A stretch of 32,000 nucleotides of DNA. Origin: Micrococcus luteus NCTC 2665 (GTDB lineage Bacteria; Actinomycetota; Actinomycetes; Actinomycetales; Micrococcaceae). Location: assembly GCF_000023205.1 (NCBI RefSeq), contig NC_012803.1, forward strand, positions 2,469,098 through 2,501,097, in the 5' to 3' direction. Below are positions 8,494-18,113 of this stretch, piece by piece; the stretch's first letter is position 1, and each line of letters starts with the position of its first letter. Under the pieces are notes generated by a model. That model did no database searches, was not told the origin of the DNA, and worked only from the letters and a program-made list of their open reading frames with translations. A program made the position numbers and the translations under genes.

Positions 8494-9981
8494 TCACACC
8501 CCGCGGAAGAACTCCCGCACGGCCGCCGTCAGGTGCTCCACGTCCCGCACACCGCACATCTCGCGCGCCGAGTGCATGGACAGCAGGCCCAGGCCCACGT
8601 CCACGGTCCGGATGCCCAGGCGGGTCGCCGAGATCGGGCCGATGGTGGAGCCGCAGGGGACGTCGTTGTTCGAGACGAACTCCTGGAACGGCACCCCCGC
8701 CACGCCGCACCAGCGGGCGAACGCGGCCTCTCCCCCGGCATCGGTGGCGTAGCGCTGGTTGGCGTTGATCTTCAGCAGCGGGCCGTGGTTCACGCGCGGG
8801 TGGTTCACGGGATCGTGCCGCTCGGCGTAGTTCGGGTGCACCAGGTGGCCGGCGTCCGCGGACAGCAGCCAGGACCCCGCGATCGCCCGCGCCCGGCCCT
8901 GCCCGGCCACGCCGAGCGCCTCGAGCACGCGCCCCATGACCTCCTCGAGCAGCGGCCCGGCCGCCCCGGACCGCGACGCCGACCCCAGCTCCTCGTGGTC
9001 GAACGCGGCGAGCAGCGGGATCACCGGGGCGCCGGACGCCTCACCGGCCACCCCGCCCGCGACGGTCCCCTCGTACGCGATCGCCCCCTCGGCGCCGCCG
9101 TGCTCGCGCGCCAGCTCCTCGAGCGCCACGAGGCCCGCGTGCACCGAGCTCAGGTTGTCCAGCCGACCCGACGCGAAGAACTCGCCCGCCAGCCCGAAGA
9201 GTCCCGGCGCCTGGGCGTCGGCCACCACGACGTCGTGCCCACGCACCGCGGCCGGGTCCACACCGGCGGTAGCCGCGAGCGCGGTCAGCACGTCACCGGG
9301 CACGCGGGCGGCCAGACCGTCGGCCTCCGCCTCGCCGGCGTCCTCGCCGCGCGGGGCGAGCGCCCCCACGACGGGGTTCGTGTGCCGCTGCCGCTTCAGC
9401 CTCAGCCCCTCGTTGACCTCGCGGTCCAGATGGATGGCCAGCTGCGGGATACGCCCCACGGGCCCGGTCGCGGCGAGCACCTGCGTGCCGTCGTCGAGGG
9501 CGAGACGCCCGGCGAAGCGCAGCTCGCGGTCCAGCCACGAGTTCAGCAGCGGGCCGCCGTACACCTCGACGCCGGCCTGCACCCAGCCGTCGGCCGTCAC
9601 GGTGGCCGGGTTCGGCTTGAGCTTGAACCCCGGCGAGTCCGTGTGCGCGCCGAGCGCGCGGAACACCGGCACGACGCCGGCGTTCGGCCCCGCCTCGTCC
9701 GGCCCGGCCGCGCGCGCCTCAGCGCCCTCGTCCCGGCCCAGCGCGCCGGCACCCGTCGGCACGATCCAGGCCACCGCCGCGCCGTCGCGCACCACGACAT
9801 AGCCACCCGGGGCCGACGGGAAGTCGACCGTCTCGTCGAGGCGGGTGAAGCCGACGGCCTCCAGGCGGCGTGCGACCTCCTCCGCGGCGTGGTAACTGGA
9901 GGGTGAGGCGGTCACGAACTCGGCCAGGTCCCGCAGGTGGGCGGGCAGCTCGGCGACGGTGTCACGGGTCACGGGGGTCAT
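8494..9981 (-). CDS. M18 family aminopeptidase (aspartyl aminopeptidase-like)
   Basis: Track ORF trimmed to the ATG at 9981 (MTPVTRDTV...). Motifs include SPSSYHAAEE, GAHTDSPGFKLKPNP, FDHEELGS, DAGHLVHPNY and LSMHSAREM. Confidence 0.85.
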   Translation of the reverse strand: MTPVTRDTVAELPAHLRDLAEFVTASPSSYHAAEEVARRLEAVGFTRLDETVDFPSAPGGYVVVRDGAAVAWIVPTGAGALGRDEGAEARAAGPDEAGPNAGVVPVFRALGAHTDSPGFKLKPNPATVTADGWVQAGVEVYGGPLLNSWLDRELRFAGRLALDDGTQVLAATGPVGRIPQLAIHLDREVNEGLRLKRQRHTNPVVGALAPRGEDAGEAEADGLAARVPGDVLTALAATAGVDPAAVRGHDVVVADAQAPGLFGLAGEFFASGRLDNLSSVHAGLVALEELAREHGGAEGAIAYEGTVAGGVAGEASGAPVIPLLAAFDHEELGSASRSGAAGPLLEEVMGRVLEALGVAGQGRARAIAGSWLLSADAGHLVHPNYAERHDPVNHPRVNHGPLLKINANQRYATDAGGEAAFARWCGVAGVPFQEFVSNNDVPCGSTIGPISATRLGIRTVDVGLGLLSMHSAREMCGVRDVEHLTAAVREFFRGV

Positions 9982-10079
9982 GCCCCGACCGTACCGCGCC
10001 CCACCACCCCCTCCGGCTACCCTGGCCCGGAAGCGGCCCCGCCGCATCGCCCGCCCCGTCAGCGCAGGAGGAGCCCGCC

Positions 10080-10421
10080 GTGGACATCATGATCGCCGTC
10101 GCCGTGGGGGTCTTCCTCCTGGTGGCGTGGACCGTGGGCGGCTGGGCCATCGTGCGGATGGGCTTCACCCGGGACGGGGACGCGGCCCGCACCCCCGCCC
10201 ACGACGACGGCGCCGCGCGTCCGGTGCACCCCGGCGCGGCCGCGGACCCGGCCACCGACCCCCACGTGATGTGGCGCGAGCAGATGAAGGCGGCCACGGC
10301 CGCCTCCGGGGCGCAGTGCGTCTGTCCGCCGCCGCCCCGCGAGGACGGCGCCGCCGAGACGGGGACGACCGCGCCGCCGTCGTCCCCGGACTGCCCGATC
10401 CACCGCTGGGACTACGCCTGA
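10080..10421 (+). CDS. hypothetical small membrane-anchored protein (one N-terminal TM helix, Pro/Ala-rich tail with 3 Cys and a His)
   Basis: GTG at 10080 with AGGAGG at 10066-10071. Third-position G/C is very high throughout. Has a TM helix (IMIAVAVGVFLLVAWTVGGWAIV). No family recognised. Its 3-prime end overlaps the convergent GT87 gene by 10 nt. Confidence 0.45.
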   Translation: MDIMIAVAVGVFLLVAWTVGGWAIVRMGFTRDGDAARTPAHDDGAARPVHPGAAADPATDPHVMWREQMKAATAASGAQCVCPPPPREDGAAETGTTAPPSSPDCPIHRWDYA

Positions 10422-11944
10422 ACCGCGGCCGGCCGGCCTGAGCGCCCCCGGGCCGGGCCGGAGTCCGCGGCGTACGCGCCGGCGAGCGGGTCGGTGTCCG
10501 GGTGGCCGCCGTGGTCGCGCTTCACGAGGTCCTCGGCCGGGTGCAGCATCTCCCACACGACGCGCCCGCACAGCCACAGCACCGCGAGCATGTGCGCGAG
10601 GATCGCGGCCACGTAGACGGAGTCGTCCATGGAGTGCTGCGGCGGGGTCTCGGCCACCCCCTTGGCCAAATACATCCACACGGCGAAGAAGTGCAGCGCC
10701 TCCACCGTCTGCCACACCCAGAAGTCCCGCCACCGCGGCAGGGCGAGCGCCAGGAGCGGGATCAGCCAGACCACGAACTGCGGTGAGTACACCTTGTTGG
10801 TGAGCACGAACGCCGCCACCACCAGGAACGTCAGCTGGGCCAGCCGCGGGGTGTGCCGCACCCGCACGCCGAGCACGAAGATCCCCAGGCAGCACACCGC
10901 GAAGGTCCCGTAGGCCAGCAGGGTCAGGGAGTCCTCCGGCACGAACGCCCACCCGGCCTGCGCGGCGGTCACGTCCCACGCGTGCCACACGCTGGACAGG
11001 CCCGGCCCGCGCTCGCCGGAGAAGGTGAAGAACACGGACCACGCCTGGAAGTTCACGACCATGAGCGGCACGTTGACCGCCGCCCACGCCGCCACCGTGC
11101 CCCCGGCCGCGAGCAGGAACGGCCGCCACCGCCGCGAGCGCACCGCCAGGATCAGCAGCGGCCCCAGGATCAGCAGCGGATACAGCTTCATGGCCGCGCC
11201 GAGGCCGAACAGCACCCCCGCCGTCAGGGACCGGCCGCGCGACCACGCGTACATGCCGCACGCCAGCAGGGCCACGGCCCACAGGTCCCAGTTGATGGTG
11301 CCGGCCAGCACGATCCCCGGGGCCACGGCCACCATGAGCCCGTCCGTCCACCGGCGCCCCGCCATCCGGACGGTCAGCACCGCGACGACGGCCCACAGCA
11401 CCACCACGAACCCGAAGTTCACGAGCCAGAACACCACCGTGCCCTGCTCCGGCGAGAACGGCAGCGCCTGCGTGATCCAGGCCGCCACCGAGCCCACGAC
11501 GGACATCAGCACGGGGTACTCGAACGTGGAGCCCGCCCGGAACGGCGCCCACGGGTCCGCCGCGAACCCGCGCCCGCCGTAGAGCGCGGCCCAGTCCGAA
11601 TAGCAGCCCGCGTAGTAGACGTCCGGGGCGCCCCAGCCGTGCAGCAGGCACGGCGACTTCTGCAGCACGGTCACGACGGCGGCCAGAGCCACCAGCAGCC
11701 CCGTCAGCGCCACGGGCCCGGCCCAGGAGCCGGTCCCCCGTCCGGGGCCGTTCGCCGCGAGGCCGCCGGCGAGCTGGAAGCGTCCGCCGCGCTCGCCGGG
11801 GGCGGGCAGGGTCCCGGACGGTGCGCTGTCAGCGGAACGCCCGGCGGGGACACCCGGGGCGGTCACGGCGTCGCTCGGGGCGCCGTCCGCGGCGTGAGTG
11901 GGCGGCTCGCTGGGGGTCGCGGCGTGCGCGGGGGCCGGTCTCAT
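10412..11944 (-). CDS. GT87/DUF2029-like polytopic membrane glycosyltransferase (Rv0051-like)
   Basis: Multi-pass membrane protein. After a Pro/Ala-rich N-terminus it has the GT-C-like first loop (DVYYAGCYSDWAALY...FEYPVLMSVV). Its position next to ino1 and the rpsF operon mirrors mycobacterial Rv0046c-Rv0056 synteny. The function is an inference. Confidence 0.6.
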   Translation of the reverse strand: MRPAPAHAATPSEPPTHAADGAPSDAVTAPGVPAGRSADSAPSGTLPAPGERGGRFQLAGGLAANGPGRGTGSWAGPVALTGLLVALAAVVTVLQKSPCLLHGWGAPDVYYAGCYSDWAALYGGRGFAADPWAPFRAGSTFEYPVLMSVVGSVAAWITQALPFSPEQGTVVFWLVNFGFVVVLWAVVAVLTVRMAGRRWTDGLMVAVAPGIVLAGTINWDLWAVALLACGMYAWSRGRSLTAGVLFGLGAAMKLYPLLILGPLLILAVRSRRWRPFLLAAGGTVAAWAAVNVPLMVVNFQAWSVFFTFSGERGPGLSSVWHAWDVTAAQAGWAFVPEDSLTLLAYGTFAVCCLGIFVLGVRVRHTPRLAQLTFLVVAAFVLTNKVYSPQFVVWLIPLLALALPRWRDFWVWQTVEALHFFAVWMYLAKGVAETPPQHSMDDSVYVAAILAHMLAVLWLCGRVVWEMLHPAEDLVKRDHGGHPDTDPLAGAYAADSGPARGRSGRPAAVQA

Positions 11945-12112
11945 GCCCCCATCCTAGGAAGCCGCCCGGACACCGGACGGGCGGGGCCGCCGTCGTCGGT
12001 CGTAGACTGGCGGGGTTGATCCCCGGGTGAGCGCCCCGCCGAACGGTGTGGGCCCCCCTGCGCGCGCCGCGTGCCCGCACCCGTTCCGGACAGTCGAGGA
12101 GAGAACCAGACC

Positions 12113-13198
12113 GTGGCCACCAATCCCATCCGCGTCGCCATCGCCGGCGTGGGCAACTGCGCAACATCCCTCATCCAGGGTGTGGAGTACTACCGCGAGG
12201 CGAAGGCCACGGACACGGTCCCAGGCCTGATGCACGTGCAGTTCGGCGACTACCACGTGTCGGACCTCGAGTTCGTGGCCGCGTTCGACGTGGACGCGAA
12301 GAAGGTCGGCCTGGACCTGTCCGAGGCCATCACCGCCTCCGAGAACAACACCATCAAGATCGCGGACGTGCCCCACGCGGACGTCACCGTCCAGCGCGGC
12401 CCCACCCTGGACGGCCTCGGCAAGTACTACGCCGAGACCATCGAGGAGTCGGAGGCCGAGCCCGTGGACGTGGCCCAGGCCCTCCGCGACGCGGAGGTGG
12501 ACGTGCTGGTCTGCTACCTGCCCGTCGGCTCGCAGCGGGCCACAGAGCACTACGCCCAGGCCGCGATCGACGCCGGCGTCGCGTTCGTGAACGCCCTGCC
12601 CGTGTTCATCGCCGGCACCCCGGAGTGGGCCGAGAAGTTCACCGCCGCGGGTGTGCCGATCGTGGGCGACGACATCAAGTCCCAGATCGGCGCCACCATC
12701 ACCCACCGCGTGATGGCCAAGCTGTTCGAGGACCGCGGCGTCACCCTGGACCGCACCTACCAGCTCAACGTGGGCGGCAACATGGACTTCAAGAACATGC
12801 TCGAGCGTGAGCGCCTGGAGTCCAAGAAGATCTCCAAGACGCAGGCCGTCACCTCCAACACCTCCGCGCAGCTGGGCGAGAAGGATGTGCACATCGGCCC
12901 GTCCGACTACGTGGCCTGGCTCGACGACCGCAAGTGGGCGTTCGTGCGCCTCGAGGGCCGCAACTTCGGCGACGCCCCCGTCTCGCTCGAGTACAAGCTC
13001 GAGGTGTGGGACTCCCCCAACTCGGCCGGCGTGATCATCGACGCCGTGCGCGCCGCGAAGATCGCCCTGGACCGCGGCATCGGCGGGCCGATCCTCTCGG
13101 CCTCGTCCTACTTCATGAAGTCCCCGCCCGTGCAGCACAACGACGACGCGGCGCACGAGCTCGTGGAGGCCTTCATCCGCGGCGACATCGAGCGCTAA
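12113..13198 (+). CDS. ino1: myo-inositol-1-phosphate synthase
   Basis: [24 protein letters not shown]...[60 protein letters not shown] is a canonical actinobacterial Ino1. I prefer the GTG at 12113 (GAGGAGA about 10 nt upstream) over the track's GTG at 12071. Confidence 0.92.
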   Translation: MATNPIRVAIAGVGNCATSLIQGVEYYREAKATDTVPGLMHVQFGDYHVSDLEFVAAFDVDAKKVGLDLSEAITASENNTIKIADVPHADVTVQRGPTLDGLGKYYAETIEESEAEPVDVAQALRDAEVDVLVCYLPVGSQRATEHYAQAAIDAGVAFVNALPVFIAGTPEWAEKFTAAGVPIVGDDIKSQIGATITHRVMAKLFEDRGVTLDRTYQLNVGGNMDFKNMLERERLESKKISKTQAVTSNTSAQLGEKDVHIGPSDYVAWLDDRKWAFVRLEGRNFGDAPVSLEYKLEVWDSPNSAGVIIDAVRAAKIALDRGIGGPILSASSYFMKSPPVQHNDDAAHELVEAFIRGDIER

Positions 13199-13224
13199 CC
13201 CGCCCGGTCCCCCGCAGACCGCGC

Positions 13225-13273
13225 ACGACGCCGGCCCGTCACCTTCCCCGTGGAGGTGACGGGCCGGCGTCGT
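13225..13273. terminator. bidirectional terminator-like hairpin between ino1 (+) and the SGNH ORF (-)
   Basis: Perfect 19-bp stem: ACGACGCCGGCCCGTCACC (13225-13243) pairs with GGTGACGGGCCGGCGTCGT (13255-13273), 11-nt loop. Confidence 0.65.
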
Positions 13274-13305
13274 CGTGGGGGCGCGTGCCGCCCCGGCCAC
13301 CGCGC

Positions 13306-15443
13306 TCAGCGCCGCACGCCGAGCCGGTCCTCGATGGTGAGCCGGACGAGCTGGGCGTACATGGCCTGGCCGTCGGCGCGGGGGTGCACGCCGTCGGCGG
13401 AGAAGTCCGTGACGTGCTGCTTCGCCACGGCGTCCCAGTCCGCCAGGACGATCCGATCCGGGTGCGCCGTGGCCTGCGCCTCCATCTGCCTCTGCACGTC
13501 GGCGATCCAGTCCATCGGGCCGTGCGGCACCACGAGCACGAGCAGCCGGTCCTCGCCGACGGCCGCCAGGATCTTCTCCCAGTCGCCCCGATGGGTGGTG
13601 CCGTTGGCGCCCAGGGCCACCACGACGACGTCGCTCAGCTGGCCGTCCGCCTTGAGCTTCTCGATCTCGTCCGCGGCGTCCCAGATCTGGTAGCCCACCT
13701 CGGCCTCGAGCAGCATCCCGGGCAGCTGCTCCATGAGCTGGGGCGCGGCCGAGAGCGAGACGGAGTCGCCGATCAGGGTGACGTCCGGGCCGAGCTCGGA
13801 CGGCGGCAGGGCCGCGGTGAGCTGCTCTTTGGAGTACGTGGGGCGCGCGACGGCCGGGTCGCCGAGCCCGAGCCCGGACGGCTCGGCGGACGATCCGGGC
13901 GAGGGCGTCGCGCCCGCGGAGCCCTCCGCGTCCCCCGGGGCGGGTGAGCCGGGCGAGGCCGACGCCTCGGCCTCGGCCCGCTTCGACTGCTCCGCCGCCC
14001 GGGACTCGCGGGCCGCCTGCTGCGCCGCCTCGGCGGCCTTGAGGGACTCCTCCGCCTGGGCGATGTCCTGCTCGAGCTGGGTCTGCGCGGGCGAGTGCAC
14101 CACGGCGGCCATGGCCGCCGCGGGCACGGCCACGAGCCCCAGCACCGTGGCGGCGGCCGCGAACCGGCCGATCGGCCCGGCCCCGCCCGTGAACGCCCGC
14201 CGCGCGGCCGCGCCCCAGCGGCCGAAGGCGCCCCTGAACCCCTCGTGCAGGATGGGCTCCTCGATCAGCCGGGTGCTCAGGTCGGCGAGCAGGGCGGTCA
14301 GCAGCAGGATCGCTCCCGCGGCCACGGGTTCGGCCCACCCGGGGCGTCCACGGGCACCATCACGCGCATGATCACGAGCAGCGGCCAGTGCCACAGGTAC
14401 GCGGCGTAGGAGCGGCGCCCCCACCAGCGCAGGAACCCGTTGCCCAGCACGCGCGAGAGCGAGTCGCGCCGGTCACCCTGCACCACGTGCCAGACGATGA
14501 ACGCGACGACGGCGGACAGGCCCGCCAGCACCCCGCGGTACGTGCTCGCGTGGCCGCCGTCGACCAGGGCGAAGCCCGCCGCGAGCACCGCGACGGCGCC
14601 CCACGCGACGGCCACCCGCGTGGCCGAGGTCCGCGGCTCGGGGCCGCCGTGCTCGGGCCGGGGCACGTGGGCCAGACCGATCGCCACGCACGCGCCGAAC
14701 AGCAGGCCGAAGGCGTGGGTGTCCGTGCCGAAGTAGAGGCGGGCCTGCTCGAACCCGTGCCACGAGCCCCAGGCCATCCACGCCGCGGAGGCCACGGCCG
14801 CGACCGCGACCGCGAGGATGCGGCGTCGGTCCGCCACCCGCCCCGAGTTCACCGTGCTGCGCGGCGGCCAGGTGAGCAGGAGCAGCCCCCAGAGGAGCAG
14901 GGGCCAGAGGATGTAGAACTGCTCCTCGATCGCCAGGGACCACAGGTGCTCGAACAGAGGCGGCGAGGCGCGGTTGAAGTAGTCCCCGCCCTCGAGGATC
15001 ATCACCCAGTTGCTGGTGTAGGTCAGGGCGCCGAACCATTGGCGGCCCAGGCCCGCGGGGAACTCGTCCACCGCCAGCCACGCGAGCGCGGTGGTGCCCA
15101 CGAGCGCCATCAGCATGGCCGGGATGAGGCGTCGGACGCGCTTCATCCAGAAGGTGCCCAGCGCCACGCCCCGGCCCGCGTCCACACCGCGGACCAGGCC
15201 GGTGGTGATGAGGAAGCCGGAGAGCACGAAGAACATGTCCACGCCCACGAACCCGCCGCGCAGGAAGGTGGGCCAGGCGTGGAAGACGAGCACGGCGAGC
15301 ACCGCGATCCCCCGCAGCCCGTCGAGGGCGGTCACCCGGCCGGGGCCGCGACTGACCCGCGTGCCGACCTTGACGGCGGGCGCGCCGTCCTGGGGCGACA
15401 GGGCATGGCGGGGCACGGGCGCGGTGCGCTGGTCGGAACTCAC
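13306..15443 (-). pseudogene. acyltransferase-3 (OafA/YrhL-like) plus SGNH-domain O-acyltransferase, interrupted by a frameshift (ORFs 14298..15443 and 13306..14424)
   Basis: The upstream ORF carries AT3 motifs (LDGLRGIAVLAVLVFH, VDMFFVLSGFLIT, HLWSLAIEEQFY, YLWHWPLL) but stops 20 codons later. The last AT3 helix plus the conserved ...LSTRLIEEPI motif and the SGNH domain (VTLIGDSVS...ALGANG...DGVHP) continue in the -1 frame. The switch maps to CCCCGGGT on the minus strand (plus-strand 14337-14344). Confidence 0.75.
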
Positions 15444-15557
15444 AGCGGTCGATCATCCCATCCGGACCTGGATGGGCCAAAGCCTCCGGCTATCCCCACC
15501 CGCCCCACCGCGTTGGGGGCGGTTTCCGGCGGTATTCCGCTCCCAAAGCACCGGTTT

Positions 15558-15579
15558 CCGCCCCGGAAGCGGGGGGCGG
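15558..15579 (-). terminator. weak terminator-like hairpin just downstream of the Rho_N-domain gene
   Basis: 7-bp GC stem: CCGCCCC (15558-15564) pairs with GGGGCGG (15573-15579), 8-nt loop. No U-tract. Confidence 0.25.
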
Positions 15580-15586
15580 GCGCCGG

Positions 15587-15886
15587 TCAGTGGTTCCGCA
15601 GCGCCTCGATGAGCTCGTCCTTGGTCATGGTGGAGCGGCCCTCGATGTCGAGCTCGCGGGCCCGCTTCTCGAGCTCGTCCTTGGTCCAGTCCTCGTAGGA
15701 GCCGGCCTCGCCGCCGCGCTCGGCGACCTCGTCCCGGCCGTCCCGGGCGGACGCGTTGGCGATCCGCGCGGCCTTCTCCTCGCTCGCGCCCTCGCGGCGC
15801 AGCGCCTCGTAGACCTCGGGGTCCTTGATGCTGGACGTGCCGGGGCCCATGGGGGCACCGTTCTTCTCGGTCTTCTTCTCAGCCAT
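15587..15886 (-). CDS. Rho_N (SAP-like) domain-containing small acidic protein
   Basis: The C-terminal WTKDELEKRARELDIEGRSTMTKDELIEALRNH matches the Rho termination factor N-terminal helix-extended-helix motif. The N-terminal IKDPEVYEALRREGASEEKAARIANA is seen in actinobacterial proteins of this size. ATG at 15886. Confidence 0.7.
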   Translation of the reverse strand: MAEKKTEKNGAPMGPGTSSIKDPEVYEALRREGASEEKAARIANASARDGRDEVAERGGEAGSYEDWTKDELEKRARELDIEGRSTMTKDELIEALRNH

Positions 15887-15938
15887 GCGGCCAGTGTGGT
15901 CCCGGCCCGACGACGGGTGGAAGGCCCGCCGCGCCGCC

Positions 15939-17390
15939 TCAGCCCTGCTGGGCCTCCGGCTGCTCGGCCCACCAGCGCCGCAGCTCCGCCTCGGCCTCGG
16001 CCTGCTCGTGCGGGCCCTCGTCGAGACGCCACTCGAGCAGGTGGCTGTACGCCCGCCCCACCACCGGGCCCGGGCGGATCCCCAGCAGCGCCATGATCTG
16101 CTGCCCGTCCAGATCCGGCCGCACGGCGGCGAGCTCCTCGGCCTCGGCGATCTCGGCGATGCGCCGCTCGAGGTCGTCGTACGCGTGGGCCAGCCGCTCG
16201 GCCTTGCGCCGGTTGCGGGTGGTCACGTCCGAGCGGGTCAGCGCGTGCAGGCGGGGCAGCAGGTCGCCGGCGTCGTGGGCGTACCGGCGGACGGCGGAGT
16301 CGGTCCAGCCGGCGTCGCCGTAGCCGTAGAACCGCATGTGCAGCTCCACGAGGCGGGCCACCGCCTTGATGGTGTCGTTGTCGAACTTCAGGGCGCGCAG
16401 CCGCTTGCGGACGAGCTTGGCGCCCACGGTCTCGTGGTGCCGGAAGGTGACGGCCCCGCCCTTCTCGAAGCGGCGCGTGGCCGGCTTGCCGACGTCGTGC
16501 AGCAGCGCCGCCAGGCGCAGCACGGGGTCGGGGGTCGACGGCGCGTACTCGCCCTCCAGCTCCATGGCCTGCTCCAGCACGGTCAGGGAGTGGGCGTAGA
16601 CGTCCTTGTGGCGGTGGTGCTCGTCCGACTCGAGCTGCAGGGCGGGCAGCTCGGGCAGGATGTGGTCGGCCAGGCCGGTGCGCACGAGCAGGTCGAGGCC
16701 GGCGCGCGGGTGCGCACCGCACACGAGCTTGACGAGCTCCTCGCGGACGCGTTCGGCGGAGATGATCGTGATCCGCTCGGCCATCGCGGTCATGGCCTGC
16801 TCCACCTCGGGGGCCACGGCGAAGCCGAGCTGGGAGGCGAAGCGGGCGGCGCGCATCATGCGCAGCGGGTCGTCGGAGAAGGAGTCCTCAGGGGTGCCGG
16901 GGGTGCGCAGCACGCCGGCGTGCAGGTCCCGCATGCCGCCGAAGGGGTCCACGAGCTCGAGGGCGGGCAGGCGCAGGGCCATGGCGTTGACGGTGAAGTC
17001 GCGGCGCAGCAGGTCGTCCTCGAGGCTGTCGCCGAAGGCCACCTGCGGCTTGCGGCTGGCCGGGTCGTACTGCTCGGCCCGGTAGGTGGTGACCTCGAGC
17101 TGCCAGCCGGCCTTGCGGAAGCCGATGGTCCCGAACCGCCGCCCCACGTCCCACGTGGCGTCCGCCCAGCCGGCGCCGACGGCCTCGGACGCGTCCGGGT
17201 CGGCGTCCGTGGTGAAGTCCAGGTCCGGCGACGGCCGTCCCAGGAAGAGGTCGCGGACCGGGCCGCCCACCAGGGAGAGCTCGTGGCCGGCGGCCTCGAA
17301 CCTCCGCCCCAGCTCCACGACGACGGCGGGCAGGGTGGCGTCCGCGGGGAAGCCGGGGGGCAGCGCGTGGGTGGCGGTGGTCAGATCCAT
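15939..17390 (-). CDS. cca: CCA tRNA nucleotidyltransferase (PcnA-like, with HD domain)
   Basis: LSLVGGPVRDLFLGRPSPDLDFTT, RDFTVNAMA, DPLRMMRAARF, and HD-domain motifs (HHRHKDVYAHS..LLHDVGKP). I prefer the ATG at 17390 (MDLTTATH) over the track's GTG at 17423. Confidence 0.9.
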   Translation of the reverse strand: MDLTTATHALPPGFPADATLPAVVVELGRRFEAAGHELSLVGGPVRDLFLGRPSPDLDFTTDADPDASEAVGAGWADATWDVGRRFGTIGFRKAGWQLEVTTYRAEQYDPASRKPQVAFGDSLEDDLLRRDFTVNAMALRLPALELVDPFGGMRDLHAGVLRTPGTPEDSFSDDPLRMMRAARFASQLGFAVAPEVEQAMTAMAERITIISAERVREELVKLVCGAHPRAGLDLLVRTGLADHILPELPALQLESDEHHRHKDVYAHSLTVLEQAMELEGEYAPSTPDPVLRLAALLHDVGKPATRRFEKGGAVTFRHHETVGAKLVRKRLRALKFDNDTIKAVARLVELHMRFYGYGDAGWTDSAVRRYAHDAGDLLPRLHALTRSDVTTRNRRKAERLAHAYDDLERRIAEIAEAEELAAVRPDLDGQQIMALLGIRPGPVVGRAYSHLLEWRLDEGPHEQAEAEAELRRWWAEQPEAQQG

Positions 17391-17455
17391 GATGCCTACA
17401 AGGGTGCCAGACGGTCCCGGCACGGGCCCGCGCGGGCCGGGCTAGAGTTGACGGC

Positions 17456-18067
17456 ATGACCCGCCCCGATCCCTCCGCGCACCGGGGCGCCCCCCTGCCC
17501 TCCGCGCTGGGGGCGTGGCGTCGCCGGCCGCAGCCGCCTCTGCGCCCCGTCACCTCGGCCCCCGCGGGACCCCGTTCCGCCGCAGCCGCCTCCCTGCCCA
17601 CGGTGGAGGAGGTCTCCGCCGGCGGCGTCATCGTCCGCGAGCATGACGGCGGCCTCGAGGTGGCCGTGATCGCCCGCTACAACCGCGGTGGCCGGCTCGA
17701 GTGGTGCCTGCCCAAGGGCCATCCCGAGGGCGAGGAGGACCACCGGCAGGCGGCCGTGCGCGAGGTGGAGGAGGAGACCGGGATCGCCGGCCACATCCTC
17801 GAGCCGCTCGGCGCGATCGACTACTGGTTCACAGTCGCCCGGCACCGCGTCCACAAGACCGTGCACCACTTCCTGCTGCGCGCCACGGGCGGCGAGCTGA
17901 CCACGGAGAACGACCCGGACCACGAGGCCGTGGACGTCGCATGGGTGCGCCTCGAGGACGTCGCGCGCCGCCTCTCCTTCGCCAACGAGCGCCGGATCGT
18001 CGACCTGGCCCGCCAGGTGGTCGACCAGCACTTCCCCCCGGGCGGTGCCCGGGGCCCCCGCCCCTGA
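17456..18067 (+). CDS. NUDIX hydrolase (MutT4-like)
   Basis: Nudix box LPKGHPEGEEDHRQAAVREVEEETGI. Divergent from cca, as with Rv3907c/Rv3908 in mycobacteria. Confidence 0.88.
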   Translation: MTRPDPSAHRGAPLPSALGAWRRRPQPPLRPVTSAPAGPRSAAAASLPTVEEVSAGGVIVREHDGGLEVAVIARYNRGGRLEWCLPKGHPEGEEDHRQAAVREVEEETGIAGHILEPLGAIDYWFTVARHRVHKTVHHFLLRATGGELTTENDPDHEAVDVAWVRLEDVARRLSFANERRIVDLARQVVDQHFPPGGARGPRP

Positions 18068-18113
18068 TCCACCGCCCCCGGCACGGGGCCTTCCGACCAC
18101 GATTGGGTGACCC

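Noticed and set aside
12003-12008. TAGACT as a -10 element for ino1
   Set aside because: A TANNNT hexamer alone is too common to support a promoter call without a -35 element or TSS data.
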